DNA from: Glycera tridactyla
Lineage: Eukaryota
Direction of reading: 5' to 3'
Assembly (NCBI GenBank): GCA_965644265.1
Contig: OZ286461.1
Span: 38,936,001 to 39,000,000, forward strand
Length of the DNA: 64,000 nt
The notes beneath the pieces were generated by a model, which ran no database searches, had not been told where the DNA came from, and was given only the letters and a program-made list of their open reading frames with translations. Below are positions 54,391 through 64,000 of the stretch, piece by piece. The stretch's first letter is position 1. Each line of letters opens with the position of its first letter. Both the position numbers and the translations under genes were made by a program.

Positions 54391-54690
54391 TTGGCTGTGA
54401 CCGTTGCAAAATTGTACCTTGTGAATGTTGCAGGCCGGCACAGAACTGCGGGGAAAACCCGACCTGAGCCTCAGAGAGTTTTCGCATCTTTTGGTGGTGA
54501 CTGTTGCAATATTGTACCTTGTGAATGGTGCAGGCCGGCACAGAACAATGGGAAAGGCCAGACCTGAGTCTCAAAGTGTTCTCATATCATTTGGCTGTGA
54601 CTTTTGCAATATTGTACCCTGTGAATGGTGCAGGCCGGCACAGAACTGTGGGAAAAGCCCGATCTTGGTCTCAAAGAGTCATCACATCAT
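54391..54690 (+). repeat. Three tandem 100-bp units
   Basis: Units start at 54391, 54491 and 54591, with conserved core ATTGTACCYTGTGAATGKTGCAGGCCGGCACAGAAC. Confidence 0.92.
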
Positions 54691-54693
54691 TTG

Positions 54694-55168
54694 GATAGGT
54701 TTCGTAGCTAACACAATACACAAAGGAGAATAGGCGACGTGACACATCATTTGCATATGACGTAGGTCTGTATCCAGCATTAATGTATGGGATATATACC
54801 GGGCAATATTGCATGCGCACGCAAACAGAATTTTTTTTTATTTATAACTTTATTTTGAATCGTCACAATACATTTAGACATTATAGGTACAATGTTCTTC
54901 TTCAGTAAGACGATATATGATGTCAATTGAACAATACATATTGATGAGAGACGAGATGATGGCCGTTTTCTTATAATGGGATATGTCACAACTGTTATTA
55001 TGCCAATACTGAGAGAAGATGATTTGGTTCCCGATAGGTTTCGTAGCCAACACAGTACACAAAGGAGAATAGGCGACGTAACCCATCATTTGCATATGAC
55101 GGAGGTCTGTATCCAGCATTAATGTATGGGATATATACCGGGCAATATTGCATGCGCACGCAAACAGA
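54694..55168. repeat. 136-bp direct repeats (54694-54829, 55033-55168) flanking a 203-bp insert
   Basis: Five mismatches counted between the copies. Confidence 0.93.
54830..55032 (-). mobile_element. Short retrotransposed 3'-end fragment (polyA-tailed)
   Basis: Minus strand ends ...AAAATAAAGTTATAAATAAAAAAAAAT (AATAAA plus A-tract). Confidence 0.5.
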
Positions 55169-55779
55169 TGGAATGATATGGCATCCGAGTTGGCAATTCT
55201 GACATAGGCGATCGATATGGCTGGCTTGATCTTGGCCCGAAAGTTGGAAGGTGACGTTCCCTTTCATTAGCAAAGGATAAATACGTCAAACGCACGGATA
55301 GACATTAATTGTAAAGCCTGTGCATTCACTGTTCAATCAGATGACATTGATAAGCAAGAGAGAACTAATAGCGAAGATGTCACCATTGCGACATTACAAA
55401 AGAATTCACTTGACATGAAACTGATAGCGATCCATGATATTCGGGTTGAAGGGGCAGCAAGATGTGTGCTCAGTAATCCTGGAGCTTACAGTGTACAAAA
55501 CTATTCGCATCGATGCCCATCTCAGTGAAAATATGTTTCGCGGAAAATTATCATGTGAGAGATGCTATTCGTCATGTTGTCGTTCAAACTTTGATAAATC
55601 CAATTAATCGTTTAGTGTATGTTATGAAATGGTGCTCGTAGGACTATTGATGAATCGGTTCTCATTATTCATCTTCGAACTCATTTAGGGCCTATGCCTT
55701 TTTGTCCCCTCACTGGAACGCACGCTCGACTGTACACACGAAGTTTGAATACCTTCATATCATCTTTTCATTTCTATTT

Positions 55780-56110
55780 CGATATTTTGGAAACACAGCT
55801 TTGTCAAATAGGAGTGTATCTGACGTAATTATCTGGCTGCTATTACTCGGGCTATATCCAGTCGCTGACACATAGTGAAGTCGTGATTGTAACAACCTTG
55901 ATAAAGTAGTCTGAGACAAACCATGCCCTACCTTGGCCACACTTGTCTGGTAGCGCGAGATGCGGATACCTAAAATTGAACGATTTTCCGACTATCATCA
56001 GCAACAAGACGCACATTGAAGAATCTCCCTGCCTGTAACATCCCAATCTCATGCCGAGGGCCCGGCAGGGATAGATACGCTGGTTTGAAGTTATAGGCAC
56101 GAAAACTCGA
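55780..56110 (-). mobile_element. Decayed Tx1/L1-like RT fragment
   Basis: GCYRQGDSSMCVLLL resembles G.RQGDPLS..LF; VSDYF lies where SQYADD is expected. Confidence 0.35.
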
Positions 56111-58879
56111 CACAAATATCCTACCCCGGATCTCCTCTCAAAATGATTTAGCTTCGTTTGCCCTCAAGGACTATACAGTGATGAGGTATACGTCATTTTT
56201 GTATTCATTCTCACCCCCCCCCCCCCTCCCCAGCAATATTATAGGCTTCCAACTCAGTTGAAGTGAGCACAGAAAACTGTCCAAACACGATCTAAAACTG
56301 CTATAAAGACAAGATTGGACAGGTTAGGTCCTATCCCACTTGGTGATCGTTTTTGCATAAGCGATGGCACTATCTGAAAGAGCCGCCATGTTCGGTTATC
56401 AGCAACAGAAAACTGATGATCAGTGGATTGGATTATTTCAATTGCTGTTTGTCCAATCCCATGATGGATATAATTCTTTTGACACATCAGTCTAGAAACT
56501 GGTACCACAAAAATAATTTCACATCGAACAAAAGTTCATCGAGGTGCCCACACAATGACAATTTCAACAGACTTGACGACGATGACATGAAGGAATTTAC
56601 AGGACAATCCTCTAAATCGGGCGAATACATTCTGTCTGATACGATACATGGAACCTGAAAAAAGAAGAAAAATTATCCGATGACGTCGGAATATATAGTC
56701 CTGATGGTTGTTTTACGTCCCATGAGCACCATCCTGGCTATATTTAATGGGCATGGTGAGATTATTCGGGATTCCTCATTCTGGGTCCCCGACGAAAGGT
56801 GATAATTATGAAAGTCACGGACATTCAAGGTCATTTCTGGTATCGTCCCATTTCTTCACTCTCAATCAGAAAAAAAAAAGTATTTATAGCAAATCCATCC
56901 GGGTGTATTGTTTGTGGAGATTACCACACAATCTGAGCTTCATAGTGTAGCCAGCAATATTTAATCCCAAGATATTGCCCGTTAATCCCCGACATGAATG
57001 TAACCATACGTCTCCGCCTGTATTCTTATTGATCCACAAAGGGTGCGGAGGCGAAAGCCTGTGCGTGTGGCAGGTAAGCATTTCCCACAGACAGAGTGTG
57101 TAGGATGGAGTAATGCACGCACAACCAACTTATGGTTCTCATAATGGCGGTGCCATTATATGGTATCCCACTTGTTCTGAGGTGTAATTTTCACACATTA
57201 CACATCTATAGCCAAATCGGTCAAGTGGATCTCCAACCATACACTTCTCCTAGAAATTGTTCCAAGAGAATGATATGAAAATTTGGTGATCGTCGGGTTT
57301 TAAGGTCATATCTAAACAATCAAATGTGGGTGGCCCAGCGAACAAAAACTGTCACAGGGCCTGCACCATTCCATGAAGACAGATACTGATGAAAGTGGAT
57401 TTTGTCTATCCCATGTTCTACATATATTGATTTGTGGCAATTTCATTAAATCATCAACTTTGGGAGAAATGATCAGCAAAATGGCAGTGAGAATGTGCTC
57501 TGTACAAATAGTGTTTCCCACATAATGTCGAGCAGCTACGGGACCAGATGAATGTTTTGTACACTCGTTATTACATTGATATCTTCATGAACAGTAGGAG
57601 AACCATGGTAGTTTGGTGACTAGTTCCTACCTAATAGACAAGGAGAACCATGGTGACTGGGTCACTCATTGTTACATTGTAACCCAATAGAACAGGACTA
57701 ACTAGCTTACCAAGACTTCTATGAAGAGTGTTTCTATGGAGCCACACAAAACACCAGATAGCTTCAGCAAAGATCATCAGCGCAACTTTTTTGTCAATTT
57801 GAACGAATATTCATCAGTTTTAGATATAAGGCCAGTTCATGGGCCTGTCTTTATGTGAGTCACATGCATTTTGAAGAAAATTAACGCTTTCAGCATGGTT
57901 AATATTCTGAACAAATCTTCCACAAGGTGATGGCAGTCATTTACTTCAGAAGCCACTATCACGCTGGTAGCTCAGTGTGGCTTCTTTAGGCAGGTTCCCT
58001 TGATATGGAGAGTGCCCCCACACTTCTCATTACCACACGGGAATCTACCATGATTCACCCTTGCCCATGCACATAAACACTTTCGCACTGCGGCAGAGTA
58101 GAGTCGGGAAAGGCATAATAATACCGATTTGATGAAAGGAGCGCTCACTTACAGGGCTACAGGCCTTCCCTACAGACATGAATGGGTTGATTTATCGATA
58201 GGATAGTCTGCCTACACAACAGGTAGTTAGTTACATGTACACTATTTCGCCTAGGAAAGTGCAGGTGGGTGGGTGAATGTTTTGGGCAGGGTAGGTGAAC
58301 ATTCCATATAATCTGCCCTATTTTCTGTCCTGTTCTCATATACTTTAACATAACACATGTTTACTGATTTCTTTACATGAAGGCTGATTTTTGTGGCGGT
58401 CTGATTGGTATTCTTTATAAGTGACGTGTACAAAGTGTTATTCGTAAAGTCAACAAACCACGCGTGATAAGATAGCCACCAATCACAGTAATTCCAGAGC
58501 TCGAAGCCAATGGCTGTCATTGTCCCAAAACTTGAAGCAAGTGAAATATGTCATGTCAGTGTGAGGCTTCAAATGACCTCATTTCTATCTTTTAGAATTA
58601 ATCACTTAAAATTACATATTCAATTACAAGATATGATATACAAAAACAAATATCGAACATATCATGAGCGAACTGATGAAGCCAATCACATAATCAATAT
58701 AAACTGCAAATCCCCAGCAATAACACAGGTATCATAATATGTACTATGCTATTTAATCGAATTCATTGAAATGGTCGATGTCCGTGTACTGCATATTACT
58801 TAGTTACAAGTCTGTGCTCACAAAGCTATAAATGAGCTGGAATTAGAGAGACTATAATTATAGAATCAGGCGAAGCTCT

Positions 58880-59300
58880 CTGAAGCTGATCTCATGAATG
58901 GCAATATGTCAAATACCACGACTGGTACTACCAGACTCACCCCGTTATCACGTGAATAACGGAGACACCACACGCACTTGGGGCACCCAAGGCACGTAGG
59001 TGATGCATGATCTGAGGGGCGTTCATTGGTCGGAACAGGTAGTTGGCATCCTCTCTGGACAATGACGTCCGTGGGTGTTGGTCCCCTAAATCTGGTAGCC
59101 AGGCTTCTAGGTTTAGACTCAGCACCTGCAAATATTTCGAGCAAAATACCGTCAAACATCCGACATCAGCATGGAAACCATGTCTCGTGATGTCTAGTGA
59201 CAGGTCTCTTGGGACCTGCCATGTTTTGTACAAATAGTATAGCAAGTGCATGGAAAGCAGATCGTATTGGGCAGTCTACACTATATGCTGGTCCTTATCA
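58880..59300 (-). mobile_element. Decayed RTE-like LINE fragment
   Basis: HLLYYLYKTWQV...GCL resembles LLYG.ETW...CL of the RTE ORF C-terminus. Confidence 0.35.
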
Positions 59301-59689
59301 AGGAGAAACTCTCATCTATTTTCCACGCCCTCCCCGCCCTCTGAAACAACTTTTCTATGTGGTGAATGGTGTGGAAATTGAGTGCTGGAAACCTGACGAA
59401 GTCGTCCATCATCTGTGTGAGACGGAAATATGTTGCCTTCAAGAATGTCCTCCACAGAGAGGGGTGATCCTGGTGTTCCTCAATCTCATGGGCAGTTCAT
59501 ACACATCTCGTCTCTAGCCATTTGAAAGGCTAGGGGAATCTGTGTGTGAGATATTCACAATTCCATCCATCTGATGCATGTTATCAATAATTTTCAATTT
59601 GACATCAGCTAGGCAGCGACATGGCTGCATTCGCAAAGAGCATCTGTGAGCGTGATGCACTACCACGGCAATAGCATTACACCGAGCAC

Positions 59690-60180
59690 TAAGAAAGTCT
59701 TATATCATAGTATTGAGTAGAGCGATCTGCCACCATATTGCAATCTGCCATCATATTGGACAGTGTTTGCACCGGTCTCAATGGTGTTTTATAGGTCTTT
59801 GATAAGTAATCTTCCCATGTATTTTCATTGAAAATTTCCAGACTTGCAGAATCTCCGATATGCAGGCGTAGGACATTGTACTCGTGTTCTACCCTAAAAG
59901 CGGAACATTTGTCTCTCCTAAATGATCTTGCTCTCCATATATATGAAATGTTTGGTTGATTTGGCTTCTCGTTATCACCCAACCTGTTAGGGCTGTATGT
60001 CTGTCATTGTGTGAAGGTTACCTGGGTCAGTAGGAGTAAGTACCCAATATAAGGTTTCTATCAGAATCTCGATCATAATTAATGTGCTTCTTCCACGAGA
60101 CAGTTCTCCGATACCCTGACTGCTCCACTTCACATATGTGTGAATGAGTTCTACTATAGGCATTAGACGGAACTGCATTG
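59690..60180 (-). mobile_element. Possible second I-clade LINE remnant
   Basis: LYWVLTPTDPGN and NVLRLHIGD resemble WVP...PGN and RLRIGH, in the expected order. Confidence 0.25.
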
Positions 60181-60839
60181 TCCACTGTCTCTTTACTTAT
60201 TCCTAATCCTAGTCTGAAATTGTTTCGAGGGGACGGGGATGAGACATATTCACCAACGAATGTAATTAAGTAGTCGAGATAACTCACTCACCGAGATAAC
60301 TCACCAGACAGTATTGGTCACTACATCAGGAATTGATTCAGTGGACTATCTATCGACCATTTATATATCGACCTCTTGTGTGGAAAGCGCATCTTATCTG
60401 GATCTGTGTATCGACTGTCACTTATCGCCAATCACTTGAGCAGACTTCGTTTGTCTCCCTCGACAGAAATGTTTGTATCTGATGAGAAGATGCAGCCAGG
60501 AATGAGTTACATAGGTATTAGGTTCAAATGAGCTGAATGTGCTGATATCGAGAATGCCAGTTGACAGGATTCATCATTTAAGTGCCTGACATTTGAGACT
60601 GATGTATTTAAGCAGCCTGCATATAAGCGTGTTGTCTTGCCTGTTCACGCACAAACGTGATCATCTTTCACATCACTAATTGCTCCGCACCATTCCCCAC
60701 CATTGCCTGAGCTCACTTCTGACAACACTCCTCCCACCGTCTGGCACTCTCCCAAAGGGCTGTTCGGAGTCAAAATGAATTATCCACTGTACCACTCTCA
60801 CCCCGACGCTTTCTGCGTTTCTGTCTCCTTGTTGGTCTT

Positions 60840-60964
60840 TGTGGCTCTTTGTCTGTGTCTCTCTATCCCCCTTCCTCTGTCGCTCCCATTCTCTCTGTCG
60901 CTTCAACTCTCTCTGTCACTCCAACTCTCTCTGTAGCTCCAACCCTCTCTGTATCTCTGTCGCC

Positions 60965-61025
<61 letters not shown>

Positions 61026-61030
61026 ACTCT
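60840..61030. repeat. (CT)n and CT-rich simple repeat
   Basis: Seen directly. Confidence 0.92.
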
Positions 61031-61547
61031 CTGCATGTCACGTTGAGCTCAATCCTGTTTGGATTGGACCTGGGTCTGACATGTTATTTCCTTCGTCCAA
61101 CAGCTTTTTCCACCACATAATCCCTCTCCCACTTCCGGGTTGCGTGATCCGACAACAGCAAGAACAACACATTGAGCATCAGCTGATGAAAAGCAGGGAT
61201 TTATTTCTACTTATAAAAATCTCTCCGTATATGAAAATAGGCTGGATGGGGGTGGGGGCGCTGGATATATCAAAATTCAAGTGAGGAATACTCTAAGAAA
61301 AAGCCTGAAATGCTCCTCCCTCCTGCCTTGTTTCTCTCTATACCTGTCTCCCTGACAATGTATCTGTACATCTGCTCATCTGTGTTTTACATTTGGTTGT
61401 TAGTATCTCATACTGTGTGATAATGATATGTTCGAGGTATGTACTCTCCCCGAACAACATGAGGGCAAGTGCATGATTTACTTCTTAGAAGATGATATTT
61501 TGAATGGCGGAATACCAGAAAAGGTGTAATTGATGGGCTGGCGGATC

Positions 61548-61711
61548 NNNNNNNNNNNNNNNNNNNNNNNNNNNNNNNNNNNNNNNNNNNNNNNNNNNNN
61601 NNNNNNNNNNNNNNNNNNNNNNNNNNNNNNNNNNNNNNNNNNNNNNNNNNNNNNNNNNNNNNNNNNNNNNNNNNNNNNNNNNNNNNNNNNNNNNNNNNNN
61701 NNNNNNNNNNN
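61548..61711. other. Assembly gap (N-run)
   Basis: Run of N. Confidence 1.
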
Positions 61712-63887
61712 GTGATATTGATGATGCTTCGACTTTGATTTGAAAAAACTTTATTTAGCAGAAAATAACAAACCTAAGAAAGTTGAATAATGTAGGACAA
61801 TCGTTGAGACACACGAAGAGAAAGGGACCAACAAGGAATAAGAAATGCAGCGCAGTAAAACATACAAACTATCTGCGGTAATGTCAGCTATCACAAAGAG
61901 AACAAATAGAGCAGAGCAATAAAGACAGAAATTATCAACAAGTCGGTCTAACAAAATGATATCCCGTGACGCGTACTCCGTCAGGTTTGTCAACATATTC
62001 CATTCAAAGATAAATACTTACAGGAAGCATCATGATGAATACGATGAGCATGACAACAAACATATGCAAGATAAGGTTTCACCATCCACAGTCTGTTCAG
62101 CGAGGGGATCCAAGGGGAGTGTTGGTGGAGGTGGATCCATCACCCGGTGGCTCACGGTAATTAATATGCCATGGGGCAGAGGTCAAAATGTCGTGGCACT
62201 AAGTAGTAAGGTACAAACAAATTTTGCATGCCACCTGAGCTAGTTGTCATGGCACATACAGGATATTCTTCTGCTAATGAGATCATTTAGGTTTACAACT
62301 TTAGCTGTGACGCAGTATTCAAGGTGATTGAACCGTCCTTCGATGTTGGACATGATGAACAGATTGAACTGCATTTTGAAATGAAACGACATTCCAATCA
62401 AGCGACACAATACCGCTCGAGCCTGACATTTTTGGCATTATAATTCTTGATTATTTATTCATCGATAGTGACTTGCATCTTTACTGGGTTTACAACGATT
62501 TGTTCTCCTTCCTATCAAATGTAGATGCCTACAGAAAGATCAGTATTTCTTCAACTATATGGAAGAGGAAAAGAAACTTTCTGAACAATATACATGTGAG
62601 AATATGACATGTCGTATCGAATAGGGAAGGCGAGCAAGGGGTGATATTGGTTTTCTAACCAGCCTGCATTCGTGATCACCAATGTTTTTAATGTTGTAAT
62701 TGATGATGTTTTTTATGTCATAGTTGCCAGATATGTTGAATTCATGTTAAGGAAATCGTTATTGTTTTAGTGGTCGTTTTGGTGATGGTAGAGGGGCCAT
62801 CTAGAAAGATGGAGACATCTTCCACGGCCGGGATAGATTGGATGACTGACTACTTAAACTACATCTCTGATAAACAGGCATTAAATCTGACAGTCCGAAT
62901 GGCTGGTTGATGGGGTGAGCGCCTATCTAGTATCCGGAGACAATGGTCTTAAGTTAGCGGTGGCGCTATAAAATGTGACTAGAAAGTATAGCTTCACTGA
63001 TAACCCTTTTCAACCCTCCTCGTACACGCACATGCAAGCACATGAGAGAAGGGTTCAAAATTTGACTGCAGGCAGAAGGTTGTGCCACTCCAAGGGTAGA
63101 CCTACCACTCATAGATATCTAATGGCACCACCGGGAAAATCAGGACATTCAGGCTCTGACAGTGGTACTGGGTTGAGATAGGTCAAATCGGTCAAAAATA
63201 CAAACAGACAATGATTGGGTAACATGTTATTGATTGTCAGGAATGATGATGAGACCCTTTTTGTGATCTCCGTTGGAGATCTCAATGCTACCCCCTCTGC
63301 TCGAAATGCTTTCTAACTTCGCCGATTCTGACTTTCGAGGCCAATAGAATCATTTTGATCGGATCTGTGTAAAAGGATCGAATGATCTAATCTAACACAA
63401 TTTTAAGATGATTTATTGATCTGATGAACGATAATTTGAGGAGATGTAGCTATTACGTAATACGAAATTCTCTCAACACTGGTTTTTGTGGCCGATCACC
63501 GAAGCACACAGATATGACCGCTCAGAGATGTATAGCTGTGCACAAATAGTAAATGCCTGTCGATCAAGCTCTTTGGACATGCCCACTTCGATGTTGACAT
63601 GTCAATTACATTTGGAGCCAGGACTACTTTCGCCGAATCATGATCCCACCCATGCCCATTTCATAGCCCAGATGGTGCTGACGTGATGTTGAACAAGAAC
63701 CAACATAATCAACCCACATGTCAGGACCTATTGCCTTCGACCAGCCTTAATCTCGCTGCCATGCAAAGTAGTTCCTTCTTGTTTGCACCTCATTACCAGA
63801 TTTCATGGATCACTGCGCCGATTTATGAATGGAAGTGTAGATAGCATGTGTAAAACCAGCCAATCAGAGATCAGTACTCGGGCAGAG

Positions 63888-63918
63888 CTGTCTGTCTGTC
63901 TGTTTGTCTGTCTGTCCA

Positions 63919-63996
<78 letters not shown>
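63888..63996. repeat. (TCTG)n followed by (TC)n microsatellite
   Basis: Seen directly. Confidence 0.95.
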
Positions 63997-63999
<3 letters not shown>

Positions 64000-64000
64000 G

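Noticed and set aside
57960-58150. tRNA gene or tRNA-derived SINE (GCTGGTAGCTCAGTGTGG)
   Set aside because: A-box-like start only; no B-box or cloverleaf.

Overview
Eukaryotic, repeat-dominated genomic DNA with five N-gaps. The repeat content suggests a marine invertebrate scaffold (inference). No intact host gene, RNA gene or CRISPR array can be supported. Positions 1-10.8 kb are a 71-bp satellite array with two inverted blocks whose junctions recur as a higher-order unit. The rest is a mosaic of a hAT-like MITE, Helentron-associated (HINE-like) repeats, a ~4.9-kb non-coding LTR-like element, decayed non-LTR retrotransposon fragments (CR1/L2, RTE, I/Nimb with RNase H, Tx1-like), local duplications and microsatellites. 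The only recognisable long ORF is a CR1-type reverse transcriptase with its catalytic core deleted in frame. The best leads are the fold-back satellite architecture, the LTR-like element (long-range complementarity, splice signals on both strands), a 203-bp retro-insert flanked by a 136-bp duplication, and a G-U-compatible stem around the stop codon of the RT ORF. All family assignments come from motifs read by eye; no database search was run.
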